NCBI GenBank assembly: GCA_963726195.1
Contig: CAVSBO010000003.1
Location: 192,001-256,000, forward strand
DNA length: 64,000 nucleotides
Reading direction: 5' to 3'
Source: Candidatus Thorarchaeota archaeon
GTDB lineage: Archaea > Asgardarchaeota > Thorarchaeia > Thorarchaeales > Thorarchaeaceae
Shown here: positions 48,796-59,453 of the stretch, one piece after another
How the letters are laid out: each line of letters starts with the position of its first letter
Numbering within the stretch: the stretch's first letter is position 1
Made by a program: the position numbers and the translations under genes
Notes under the pieces: generated by a model
Databases searched by the model: none
Told to the model about the DNA's origin: nothing
Seen by the model: only the letters and a program-made list of their open reading frames with translations

Positions 48796-49599
48796 CTACA
48801 ACCCGATGAGTTTCCGTGCCTCAGAGGGGTCAGCGACTTCGCGGCCTATTTCTCTAGACAGGCGGACTGCCCGGGACACAATCTCAGCATTGTTCTTCGC
48901 TGGAACACCTGACGAGATGAATGGGTTGTCTTCAGTGCCGACTCTCACATTGCCGCCAGTGGCAATAGCAAGACCTACAATCTTCATCTGCTCCTCGCCC
49001 ATCACGCTTACTGTGTGGATGCAATCACGGGGCATGTACTTCAACCGATGCAGATACTCATCCGGCGTAGGCGGAGACCAAGTACCTCCAGGCCAATTGA
49101 AGAACAATGTAAGCACATAGGGCGGCTTGAGCAGCCCTTTGTCAATCAAGTACTGGAGATTCCAGAATGAACCAGTGTGCCACACCTCCCACTCGGGCTT
49201 GATGCGCAAACCCTGGCATCGCTTGCAGTAGCGCTCTAACTCGTCAAGCGTGTGTATCTGGTTGACGGAGAGCTTGGTGAAATGCTCGTCATGGTGGTTC
49301 AGGATGATGCTCATCATGTCAGGCTTTGCCTTGAAGGTGTTTTCGCGCTGCTCAATCGGGTAGCTAGACATCCCTCCTTGGATTATTACATCGGTCTGCT
49401 CACGAATCATCTTGACTACATCCTGTTCCTGACCCAAGGGTAAGTGCACATGAGCGATGGCGGCGCCTGCTTCAGCACAATCGACTACATCCTTGACCAG
49501 GGCCTCAGTGGTCTCTGCCCAGTTCTTGACCTCAGGGTGAATCCATGAATTCGCAGTAGTGGCAGTAATGACGAGCTTGTCCTGCACCAACCAAGTCAC
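48796..49599 (-). CDS. Beta-keto acid cleavage enzyme (BKACE/DUF849, Kce family)
   Basis: KLVITA, C.EAGAAIAHVH, IKPEWE, GGNVRVGTEDN, NAEIV, GREVA.P.EAR..IGL. Confidence 0.9.
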   Translation of the reverse strand: MTWLVQDKLVITATTANSWIHPEVKNWAETTEALVKDVVDCAEAGAAIAHVHLPLGQEQDVVKMIREQTDVIIQGGMSSYPIEQRENTFKAKPDMMSIILNHHDEHFTKLSVNQIHTLDELERYCKRCQGLRIKPEWEVWHTGSFWNLQYLIDKGLLKPPYVLTLFFNWPGGTWSPPTPDEYLHRLKYMPRDCIHTVSVMGEEQMKIVGLAIATGGNVRVGTEDNPFISSGVPAKNNAEIVSRAVRLSREIGREVADPSEARKLIGL

Positions 49600-49746
49600 C
49601 TACTTACCCCCCAAGACACACTGGCTAAAAAAGCCGCGTACCAATATCATGAGTCGCTAGGCATCTCCATTCGGTCGTCGGCAACTAACTAGAACACCGA
49701 GCTGGAGCGAGTCTCCTTTAAGTGCTGACAACTGAGACGAGCAATC

Positions 49747-50817
49747 ATGGAGCTTCTTCACTCCAGTTGGGGTTCCATCGGAGGACGAACATCGAAGCTG
49801 TTTACAGTGAGAGATGATGACTCAGGTTTTCAGGTGTCCATATCTGATCTGGGGGCTTCGGTAGTTCGGGTAATCATGCCGGACCGGCATGGAAATCTCT
49901 CAGACGTAGCCTTCGGCCAAGATTCCGCAGAGCAGTTGGTCAAGCAAGGAGGCTATCTCGGAACCACTCTCGGTCGAGTGGCGGGCCGTATCGCAAACGC
50001 AAGATTCACCATGGATGGTAAAGAGCACGCTCTTTTTGCCAACGCATCGGGCGGTCACTCGCTGCACGGAGGAAAGGAAGGATTCGACAAGAAGATCTGG
50101 ACTCTGAAACTGAAGCAAGTTCTTCGCGAAGAAAACAGTGTGGCGTTATTGTTCGAGTATGTCAGTCCGGACGGAGAAGAAGGGTACCCCGGGAGACTAC
50201 AAACGCTGCTCACATACAGAATCACCCCTATGGAGCTGACTTGGGAGTATCAGGCAAAGACGGACCAGCCAACCATTGTCAATCTGACCAATCACTCATA
50301 CTGGAACTTGGACGGTCTCGACACCTTGGTGGACAATCTACGCATCAGGATCGATTCCTCTCGATACATGCCTGCTGACACGAACACGATTCCAATCGGT
50401 GAAATCAAGGACCTGAAAGGCACAACTCTCGACTGTCGCTCGCCAAAGCCTTTCTCAGAAGTCTTCTCCTCTTACGGCGATGTTGATGATGTGTTTCTTC
50501 TAGACGGGTTTGGACGCAAGAAAAAGCCCGAGGACATGGTCTTCGCCGCTGAGCTCTACTCGCCAACAACCGGGAGAAGAATGGAACTCTACACGACTGA
50601 ACCTTCTCTTGTTGTGTATACTGGCAACCATATGGCGTCACTGAAGTCATTCGGAAAGCCATGTCGAAAGCATTCAGCCGTATGCCTTGAAGACCAACGA
50701 CCACCGAATGCTATCAATGACCCTCGCTTTGCTCAGACCGTTGTCTTGAGGCCAGACGAAACCTACTATCATAGAACGTTTCTTAGATTCAGGGTTGGCG
50801 ACCGCAAATCGGCGTGA
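49747..50817 (+). CDS. galM: Aldose 1-epimerase (mutarotase)
   Basis: GR.A.RI, LHGG..GFD, DGEEGYPG, NLTNHSYWNL, YTGN, CLE.Q..PNAIN. Confidence 0.93.
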   Translation: MELLHSSWGSIGGRTSKLFTVRDDDSGFQVSISDLGASVVRVIMPDRHGNLSDVAFGQDSAEQLVKQGGYLGTTLGRVAGRIANARFTMDGKEHALFANASGGHSLHGGKEGFDKKIWTLKLKQVLREENSVALLFEYVSPDGEEGYPGRLQTLLTYRITPMELTWEYQAKTDQPTIVNLTNHSYWNLDGLDTLVDNLRIRIDSSRYMPADTNTIPIGEIKDLKGTTLDCRSPKPFSEVFSSYGDVDDVFLLDGFGRKKKPEDMVFAAELYSPTTGRRMELYTTEPSLVVYTGNHMASLKSFGKPCRKHSAVCLEDQRPPNAINDPRFAQTVVLRPDETYYHRTFLRFRVGDRKSA

Positions 50818-50871
50818 AACGCATGACCTCAAGTCTGCTAAAATTCCCTGGACCCCAGTTCTTGTGCCGCT

Positions 50872-51543
50872 TTAGAATTGCTTACGTTTGAACACATATA
50901 ATGTGAAGGCTAGACAAAGAGTCGTTACGACCAGACCTGATAGAATTGCCAACGGTATAGGATCGGCAGATGGGTCGAAGTAGTTGGGAAGCATGGGAAC
51001 TAGGATGAGCAGTTCTCCTCCGAAGATTGCTGCTATTGCCGCGAGAGCAACGGATGAAACAAACATGCCAATCAACAGAGCTGCGGCGCACGTCATCGCC
51101 ATTGCAGACAAGGTGACGACCACAGATGTCACAATCTCGTTCCACTGCGATCCAATAGCGACGCCAAGCCAAGAATCGATGAGCATGCCTGAGGCGAGTG
51201 AGATGACGGTTGCTGCAACAAGACACGTGTAGGTCGCGGCAAACTTCGCCAGAATCAGACTACTACGCCTGACCGGTCTTATCAGAAACAGTTCGTAGAC
51301 CTTCTGATTTCTCTCACTGACGACCGCCGCGCTAAGACTGACTGAGGCCAATGGCCCACCTAACCCGGCGATTGTAATGCTTACAACGTATGAGAGAGAC
51401 CAGCCTCGCAAAGCTGGTTGTATGAGAGGTTGGAGGACGTGCAGCGCAATCGTCAAGGCGGGCAGTCCAACCCATAGTGCCAGCATGACGTACGACTTGT
51501 AGAACCCCTTCATCTCGTCAGCAAACAAAAGGCCAAGGGCCAC
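50872..51543 (-). CDS. ABC-2 type exporter permease
   Basis: SER....ELFLIRPVRR...ILAKF; 6 TMs. Confidence 0.85.
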   Translation of the reverse strand: MALGLLFADEMKGFYKSYVMLALWVGLPALTIALHVLQPLIQPALRGWSLSYVVSITIAGLGGPLASVSLSAAVVSERNQKVYELFLIRPVRRSSLILAKFAATYTCLVAATVISLASGMLIDSWLGVAIGSQWNEIVTSVVVTLSAMAMTCAAALLIGMFVSSVALAAIAAIFGGELLILVPMLPNYFDPSADPIPLAILSGLVVTTLCLAFTLYVFKRKQF

Positions 51544-52499
51544 TAGAGCTCACCTCCGACGAATCTGAGATAGACTTCCTCAAGACTGGGTCTAACGAGA
51601 TTGAGATTCCGGACCTGACAGCCAGACTGAACAAGTTTGCGAAGTATCAAGGTCATGGTTGCGTCCACATCCGCATCATGGGTCATGTGAAGCAGAGTCC
51701 TGCTTGAAGTCATCTCCTCGACTTTCTCAATGCCATCAACGGTTCCAAAGCTAGGTAGAGAACGAGAACCTTTGTTCAAAACCACCTCGACAACATTGCC
51801 AACCTGAAAATGACTCTGCAACTCGTCTGGCGTGCCGACTTTGAGCATTTGACCATGATTCAGTATCCCAATACGGTCAGAGATGTCCTGAACATCATTT
51901 AGGATATGAGAAGAGAGAAAGACGGTAGTTCCGTTATTGGCCATATCCCTAATCATCACTCTGACTTGATGGCGAGCCTCTGGGTCAAGTCCCGACATTG
52001 GCTCATCAAGCACGAGGAGACTGGGACTGTGGAGTATCGCCTGAGCAAGTCTCACCTTCTGAATCATACCGCCTGATAGATGAACTACGCGCTTGTACCG
52101 GACGTCAGTCAGCCTAGTAAGCTCTAGAACCTGAGGGATTCTCTCTTTGAGTTCCTGTTGGCTAAGTCCCGACAATCTGCCGAGGGTTGTTAGGACATGG
52201 TCCACGGTGCGCCACTCTTGGAAGCCTGCTTCCTGAGGGAGGTATCCTAGCACTCTGTGAAGGCCATTTTCCTTGCTCTTGATGTCATGGCCATCGACTA
52301 TGACTGAACCTTCGAAGTTGGGAATGAGCCCGACAAGTATCTTCATGGTTGTAGTCTTGCCTGCACCATTCGGACCTATGTAGCCGAATACCTCACCTGC
52401 TCCTATCTCAAACGACACATTATCAAGGGCAACGACATCCCGATATCTCTTTGAAACGCCGTTGAATTCAATCACGTTGCTCTTGTTCACATACTTCAC
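51543..52499 (-). CDS. ABC-2 type exporter ATP-binding protein
   Basis: GPNGAGKTT, LSGG, LDEP.SGLDP, SSH, SLEEVYL. Confidence 0.93.
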   Translation of the reverse strand: MKYVNKSNVIEFNGVSKRYRDVVALDNVSFEIGAGEVFGYIGPNGAGKTTTMKILVGLIPNFEGSVIVDGHDIKSKENGLHRVLGYLPQEAGFQEWRTVDHVLTTLGRLSGLSQQELKERIPQVLELTRLTDVRYKRVVHLSGGMIQKVRLAQAILHSPSLLVLDEPMSGLDPEARHQVRVMIRDMANNGTTVFLSSHILNDVQDISDRIGILNHGQMLKVGTPDELQSHFQVGNVVEVVLNKGSRSLPSFGTVDGIEKVEEMTSSRTLLHMTHDADVDATMTLILRKLVQSGCQVRNLNLVRPSLEEVYLRFVGGEL

Positions 52500-52733
52500 C
52501 GCAAAGCGAGCCTAGATAGTCATGGCAGTGTTCTTTCACCCCTATCATTCAGCGGGATAAGGATTTGGGGCAGACACGAAGAGACGTTCTTTCGAACGAA
52601 TCAGGAACAAGCACATTCTCCCGCGACTCAGCCACCCTTAGGGTGGGCGCGCCCTCCGGAAGAAACATAACGGATATTCGAAAGACTCAGCTGCAATTCC
52701 GAATGGAATCTTGAAGCCGCGGAGTGACAAAGC

Positions 52734-54242
52734 ATGACATCGTTTGAGAAGCTCATGGAGAAACAGAAAGAACTCGCTATCTTGGGTGCAGCAACAGGTA
52801 TTCTTCAGTGGGATCTTGAAACCTACATACCTGCGAAAGGAGTGGAGTTGAGAAGCGAGGAAATGGGCCTGCTGACACGCATGTACCACGACATGGTCGT
52901 TAGTCAAGAGATGGGCCAGCTCATACGCGAAGCAGAGAAAGAGAAGCTCAATGAAGTCCAGACCCGGAATGTGTTTCTCGCCCGGAGGGAGTACGACCAG
53001 GAGACCAGAGTTCCGTCAGATTCAGTGCAGGAGCTCGCAAAGCAGCAAGCAGCTACGTTGGATGTTTGGAAGAAGGCCAAGGCAGCAAAGAACTGGAGTA
53101 TGTTCGCACCAAGTCTTCAGAAGTTGGTTGAGCTCTCAGTAAAGCGAGCCGAGTTCATGATGGAAGCAAAAGGAATGTCGAATGTGTATGACTGCATGAT
53201 TGATGACTTCGAAAGAGCGATGCCAGCAGACGACATAGCGAAGGTCTTTGGAGAACTCCGTTCGAGACTTGTCCCTCTTGTAAAGAGATGCACCGACGCA
53301 TCCAAGCAGATACGGCCTGAATCCATACGAGTGAAAGTACCCATAGATGTTCAGCGGACAATCGCCAAGGATGTTGCATCCCTCGTAGGCTATGATACTA
53401 CGTCAGACCAAGCTCGCGGTCGACTTGATGAAACCGAGCACCCCTTCACTAGCGGCTACTACGATGATGTCCGTGTGACTCTCCACTACTACGAGGACAA
53501 TCCGGTTGACCTCATTTTCACGGTCATGCATGAATGTGGTCATGGCATCTACGAGCAGAATCTGAGCCGCGAGTTCATGTATCAGCCTATAGGCCACGCA
53601 GCCAGCATGGGAGTTCACGAGTCCATGTCTAGGTTTGTCGAGAACATGATTGGAAGGTCATCAGAGTTTCTAAGGTTCTATCACCAGCGTCTCAACAAGA
53701 TTACTGGAAACGCATTCAAGTCCATGGACCTTGATACGTTCGTGAAAGCCGTGAACATGGTGAGACCTTCAAAGATACGGATTCAAGCAGACGAAGTTAC
53801 CTACTCACTGCACGTCATAATCCGGTTTGAAATCGAGAGAGATCTCTTCGGAGGAAAAGTGAAGGTCTCTGAGCTTCCGCACCTGTGGAACGAGAAGTAC
53901 AATCAGTACTTGGGCATGAAGATTGAAAACGACTCGGAAGGCGTGATGCAAGATGTTCACTGGGGGTCAGGACTCTATGGCTATTTCCCGTCATATGCTC
54001 TAGGCAACGTGTATGATGGTATGTTCCTAGACAAGCTCAACAAGTCATTGCCTTCATGGAAACAGTCTGTCACACAAGGGAAGCTCGAACCCGTACTGGG
54101 TTGGCTGAGAGAGAACATACATGCCAAGGCATCGCTCTACGACCCTCGCGACCTAGCCCAGCGAGTGACCGGCATGAAGCTCACTGCTAAGCCGTTCCTC
54201 GATTACGTGGAAAAGAAATACTTGCAGCTGTTTCCATCATAA
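52734..54242 (+). CDS. Carboxypeptidase Taq (M32)
   Basis: HPF, DVRVT, HECGH..YEQ, HESMS, IRIQADE, QDVHW, GYFPSYALG. Confidence 0.95.
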   Translation: MTSFEKLMEKQKELAILGAATGILQWDLETYIPAKGVELRSEEMGLLTRMYHDMVVSQEMGQLIREAEKEKLNEVQTRNVFLARREYDQETRVPSDSVQELAKQQAATLDVWKKAKAAKNWSMFAPSLQKLVELSVKRAEFMMEAKGMSNVYDCMIDDFERAMPADDIAKVFGELRSRLVPLVKRCTDASKQIRPESIRVKVPIDVQRTIAKDVASLVGYDTTSDQARGRLDETEHPFTSGYYDDVRVTLHYYEDNPVDLIFTVMHECGHGIYEQNLSREFMYQPIGHAASMGVHESMSRFVENMIGRSSEFLRFYHQRLNKITGNAFKSMDLDTFVKAVNMVRPSKIRIQADEVTYSLHVIIRFEIERDLFGGKVKVSELPHLWNEKYNQYLGMKIENDSEGVMQDVHWGSGLYGYFPSYALGNVYDGMFLDKLNKSLPSWKQSVTQGKLEPVLGWLRENIHAKASLYDPRDLAQRVTGMKLTAKPFLDYVEKKYLQLFPS

Positions 54243-54364
54243 ACGCATGTCAGATGCCAACGAACCCCGTGGCCAGTCGGACTACCGAGGTCACTCAGCA
54301 ATACGAAGGGATTGGCCAAGAAGCTTTATGAGACCTAGAGGCACTGTGCGGCAACGAGAGTGGT

Positions 54365-57300
54365 TTGGTATTGCCGCGCAGTGTGCTCAGGTTTTCAGTG
54401 CTACTCGTTATGATTCTACTACTCGTTGTTCCCGGCTACTCCTTTGCGTCTACAGGACCCAGTTCGTCTTCCGCAAAGGCATCGTATCAGCAAGGCATGA
54501 CCTTGTCGGACGAATATGATGATAATCCACCACAAGCCGAGTCAACATCCCATGCTTCGGTCTGGATAACGTCCACAAGTGATTTCGTTCTCCAGACGGC
54601 AGATGGACTCTCGATTGTGCTCAGCGACGTCGGACAAATCAAGTACATCCGCATAGACGGAGTAACGATCTCCTCGGGCACGCTAGACCCTCTTGGGGTC
54701 GCCGACGTCAATGCCAGGACATACGACACTATGGGTGGTTCTGTGGCGCAGGTCGGTCAGACCTATCAGCAGACTGCAACGAAACTCCAGTTCAATCTCA
54801 ATCTCACCTACATTGTTTATGACAACTACATCAAAATCATAATGCAGGCACACAACGAGGGAGCAGCGGAGAGAGCCGCAGACCTCTGTCTGAGAATGCC
54901 AATAACAAGAGGCGGGGCATACTGGTGGCAAGGACCCAACCAAGCAATCAATGTGTCTGCCAGCGGCAACTACGAATATGTCAAGCAGAGTACCTATGAC
55001 ATACCTTACGGCTATCACAAGATGTCATGGTTGCCTTGGTCGGTCGTTGGCGTGGGAGACAAGGGCCTATGCATGGCGGTGCTCCTGAACTATCCTGGCG
55101 TCTTCTTCAGTGGATACAGCGCCTCACAGCAGCAAATGTACTGCAACTATTCAGTCGGTTTCAGCAATCACCAGACAATGAAACCGGGATTCGCCCAGTT
55201 TGGACTCATTCTATACAAGGTAGATGCGAGGTGGGGCATAAGATCTGCTGCCTCCAGATACTATACGTTCTTTCCCAAATGGTTCACAACGGCAAGAGCT
55301 GTTGGAGGAACAGAAGCCATCAGTGGGCCACTCCAGGTGCCTGAATCAGGAATGCTAACATACAAACACGCAGACCTGACAGCGTTGCGTTTTCCATACG
55401 GCGGTCTCTACGGACTCGCACTGCCATATGATGGGTTTACGAACGCGGCATATGGCGTCAACAGCCTACCATACCTCAATCCAACCGGAATACGCTTGAG
55501 ATGTACCCAGTCTCAATATAATGCAAAAGACTACAATGCAGTTCTCAACATGTACGCATCGTCGCCTGATGAAATCAACAGGACTGCTGCAACATTCATC
55601 AGAAACTCTCTTGCCAAGAATAGCTCCGACCTTCTGCTGGTGCAATGGAGCAGAGACTCACTTAATGTTGATTTCGTGTGTGATCCCATTCTCATCGGCC
55701 ATTCGGCTTCCTATGAGCCCGCATCGAGCTCATCCATGCTGTCAACTCAGGGTACAAGCGAGAGCATACTTGTCAGAGACCTTCTTGACTATTACTCCAA
55801 GTGGGTGGTCATGCCTAGCTACGAGGACAACGTCCCTTACGGTGCGGGTCCAGCTGGCATATTCTTCGACAACATTGGGGCAGGGTGGGATAACAGGAAC
55901 GTGACCCACTTTGAATATACGATGATGCCGCTGTCATATGTCTGCCTGAGTAACAACACAAGAATCCCTGAGTCTAACGTTGCCCATACGCAAGTCGAAC
56001 TACTCTGGGCACTCAGGATGGGCATAGATGCGAGTCTACTACAAGAACATGACCATCTATGGCAACATAGGCAGTGCCTGGCCATATGGCATGTTCCAGG
56101 TTCCCTTCCTTGACGGAGGTCTTCAGGAGCAGGAACTTCTGAACTGGGGTTTCGGTGGGACCAGCTACGATGCATGGGGTCTTGGAATGATCTCGCGATT
56201 CCTGATGAATCAGAAGCCAATCTCCGGCATGGACTACCATGGTTCGCTAGGGACATGGACCCAGATAGCCTCTGAAAGGTACCTTGCTTACGGGATGTAC
56301 CCCTTGATGACCGGCAATTTCACAAGAGACGATGGCCTCTATCAAAAGTACCTGCCCATTGCAGACAGTCTTCAGAAGGCAGGTTGGGGAGCCGTGACGT
56401 ATGCATCCGTTTCCAACACCGGCTCCAACTATGTCACGATGGAGAGATTCGGTCACTGGTACGCCAACTCACTCCAGTTCACCGTCCATAACTGGAACGG
56501 TACGGTCCTCAATAGCGTCACCGCGAGCATTGAAGCTGATAGTCTTGCAATCGATACATCGGGGATGACCATTCGAGAGCTAATGACTGACCAGCCAGTT
56601 TCATACAGCGTTGCCTCCAATAGAATAACATTCACTTTCAGCCTCGGTTACAACGAAACGAAAGTCTTCAGACTTTACAACCCAGTCTATGGAGTGCCCA
56701 CACTCGCATACGATGTACCCAATCCCGAGTCGCCCTCTCAAGTCAAGTTGGTTGCAGCTTTTTCCACAAGCATCCCTGCGGGAGCACCATTGCCGAACGT
56801 CAGGTTCATTGACAATGGCAATCTGCTGATCGATGTTGGTTCGAACTGGGCGAACACGACATACTTGTATGCGACAACCTTGATTACACTGGGCAGCGGC
56901 TATCATGGCATCACTGTTCAGATTCTGGATACTGCAAGCATGGCGGCGCCTGGCTACATGTCAGCCCTTGCCGCAGGAGGGGGTTCAGAACTATCCTTCA
57001 CGCTACCGTTCTTCTGGCCCTACAGAATTCTGATCACGGTTGACCCAGGAAACATCCCGCGACACGCAGCCTATGCCCGCGTGCCAATCAACTTTGAGCA
57101 AGTCAGAAACACGCTTGGCATCACATCAACTGTGGATTTTGACTCACTGAGAATGGTAAATCCAAACGGTAATCCTGTTGTCCTTCAATGGTTGGCCACA
57201 CCACACAGCCCCGAGTCGGGCGTTCTGGTCTTCCCATATAGTCAGGAGGCTGTGACTGTCGGCGCTACCAACGTTTTCAAGCTCTACTTCGACACCGTGG

Positions 57301-58199
57301 CTGGCACAGCGAAACCATCGTATCTCCAGCTTCACTCCCCGTTCAAGACGGTCGGTCCGTTTGGGGTCCAACTTGCTGATTCAACAATGATTCTGCCATG
57401 GCCAGTTGGTGCGAACGTTTACTTGATTCAGAAGACGCCCGATGAGGTCGCAAGGGGGTATGCGTTGCACTCGCTAGCCCAAGGAGGATGGGCAGGCCAC
57501 CTAGGCGCGTACGAACAGTTCGCTGCGACTGTGGTGAATCAGGGCCCGTGTCTCGTCCGGTTGGCCTTTACCCACGGACCTGAGGGTTCATACTCTTCCT
57601 TTGGCTGCTATCTTGACATCTATGCCACGGGAGTGGTCGAATTCTGGGCCTACATGAACTACAGTTCTCAAGTTACCGACGCGTTCACTGTATATAGACA
57701 ATATGAATGGACTCCTCCGAATAGGACGGGCTTTTACATGGGGCCTGATGGTACACTCGTGACTTTGAGTCCCGGCGACCACAAGGACCCCATCACCGAC
57801 TTCACGGAACCGTGGTTCGGTCAGATTGACACCTTGGGCAGATACTCGTTCACGGTGGCACTCGATCCGATTCCTGCGAATGGGATGATTCATACAACCT
57901 ACAATGAGGACGCTGTTCGGTTCCAGCAAAACGTGTTCAATGTGAGCCAGCTAGCCGTCTATCATCTGGTCTATGTTGCCGGCGTCGGAACCGCCCAGTC
58001 TGCAATCGTAGCAGCGAGAGAATGGCTGAATATGTCCTACACTCTAGTTGCCGAGGCCATTACGACAGAGAAGCCAAACAACTTCACGCTATTCATCGTA
58101 GCTGGTGCCGGAGCAGCCGTGGTGGCTGCAGTGGCCGGGCTATACATCTATCGCAGACGACAAGGAACCGGAGGCAAACCCGAAGACTCGGCTGCATGA
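54365..58199 (+). CDS. Large (~1280 aa) secreted, C-terminally anchored protein with putative glycoside-hydrolase-like barrel and DUF2341-like domain; indel near 56027
   Basis: Signal peptide; beta-rich N-domain; GIFFDN; WPYRILITV...D.DSLRMV...G.PV..QW; C-terminal TM followed by RRR. Confidence 0.65.
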
Positions 58200-58270
58200 G
58201 AACACCACATAGCATCGGACTTCGAATAATCAGCTCTGTTCAAGGCGGAGTTACTGTTGGCGGCCTCGCC

Positions 58271-58840
58271 TCATGGAACATCCTCCAGTCTGCGGTTGGT
58301 GGTCGGACTCAGTCCCACAACCTTGGAGGCAATCCACTGAAGAAATCTTGTTATTCCTTCGCCTGTCCGGAAATCAACGCGTGCAATTCTCACAAATCGA
58401 GGAATGAACATCTGCCTAGCTAGGCAGAGCTCACCGCGGCTTTGACGGCTCGGTGAATCATAGATGAGGACGGCAGGCTTGGGAGCAACTCCGTAGGAAT
58501 CGAATACCTCAACAAAGCGGGCCAACTCTCTCAATGAGTATGCCTGTGCTATGTCTCCAATCATGACTATCCCCGCGTATCTTCCAAAGTACTCGTGAGG
58601 TGAGATGATGCCATACAGTTCCCACACCCAAGGGCCGTGTATCTCTAGAATCAATTCGACTGTGACGACGCGTGGCTCAGTCTCGACTGACAAGTGAGTT
58701 ACCCACTCGTCTCTGGACAGACCCGACAAGCTGTCCTTTGGTTCCATATTCACGTCAGAGACTCTCTTGCCTTCTGCAGAAAGAGCACAAAAACGGAGGC
58801 ATGATTCCGGTTCTCCGACCACCACAACTCGAAAGTGCAT
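58271..58840 (-). CDS. Degenerate Ras/Rab-fold protein (pseudo-GTPase)
   Basis: FRVVVVGEP, YF..YAGIVMIGDI....SL.EL..F, P.VLI, TGEGI..FL.WI align to the small-GTPase scaffold, while G1, G3 and G4 residues are missing. Confidence 0.7.
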   Translation of the reverse strand: MHFRVVVVGEPESCLRFCALSAEGKRVSDVNMEPKDSLSGLSRDEWVTHLSVETEPRVVTVELILEIHGPWVWELYGIISPHEYFGRYAGIVMIGDIAQAYSLRELARFVEVFDSYGVAPKPAVLIYDSPSRQSRGELCLARQMFIPRFVRIARVDFRTGEGITRFLQWIASKVVGLSPTTNRRLEDVP

Positions 58841-58848
58841 GGTCGAAG

Positions 58849-59346
58849 TCACAAAAAATGAGCCCCCACGTACTGCCAATAGTCTCTTGAATGACTGTTC
58901 AGGAAGGAAACATAGCTGAGAACAATCCCAGCCGCATCCTCAACCAAGTGGGAACAGACGTCTTGGAAGACGCCTTTTTTTTCAGCTTCCGCATGAGCTT
59001 GAGGGTCACCAACATCGAACCCTACGAGTTCCCTGCAGATCGTTGTGCCTTTCATTTCTCGGAATTCTTTGAGAAAGCGAGCGGTGAGTTCGTATGTCAG
59101 CTTTTTGTGCTCCTTGACATCAGAAGTCTTCTGAGCAGCCAGTACTCCAATCGCCATTATGGCACCCGTGACAGCTCCGCAAGTCTGTCCTTGCCGCCCG
59201 ATACCTCCGCCAAAGCCCGCAGCAAGGTAGGGAGCTTGTTTGAAGTAGCATTTCTTGGTTTCGAGCAAGGCCCTCAATGTCGATTGAGCACAATTGTAGC
59301 TGGAGCTGAAGTATTCCTTAGCCTTCGTCTTTGCTTGTTCGGGCAT
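58849..59346 (-). CDS. C-GCAxxG-C-C family redox protein
   Basis: YNCAQS, GFGGGIG..G.TCGAVTG, ICREL, C..LV. Confidence 0.9.
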   Translation of the reverse strand: MPEQAKTKAKEYFSSSYNCAQSTLRALLETKKCYFKQAPYLAAGFGGGIGRQGQTCGAVTGAIMAIGVLAAQKTSDVKEHKKLTYELTARFLKEFREMKGTTICRELVGFDVGDPQAHAEAEKKGVFQDVCSHLVEDAAGIVLSYVSFLNSHSRDYWQYVGAHFL

Positions 59347-59453
59347 GTCAAACACGACCGCGGTGGAACTGCTGAACTACGACGCATATGGTACATATCA
59401 GTCTTGCCAACAGACGAGTTCAGCCCTCTTGCTCACAGACCGCGCATAGCATG

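Noticed and set aside
52632-52646. CCACCCT-T-AGGGTGG inverted repeat in a divergent gap
   Set aside because: Single short 7-bp repeat with no second copy seen; insufficient support for a function
460-58199. Many frameshifted genes (pfkA, 4569-6486, coiled coil, 21359-22976, 23821-24331, hydrolase, FixC-like, ptrB, 54365-58199) as programmed frameshifting or mass pseudogenisation
   Set aside because: Single-base indels in unrelated contexts, no shared slippery heptamer, catalytic motifs intact; best explained by long-read sequencing error
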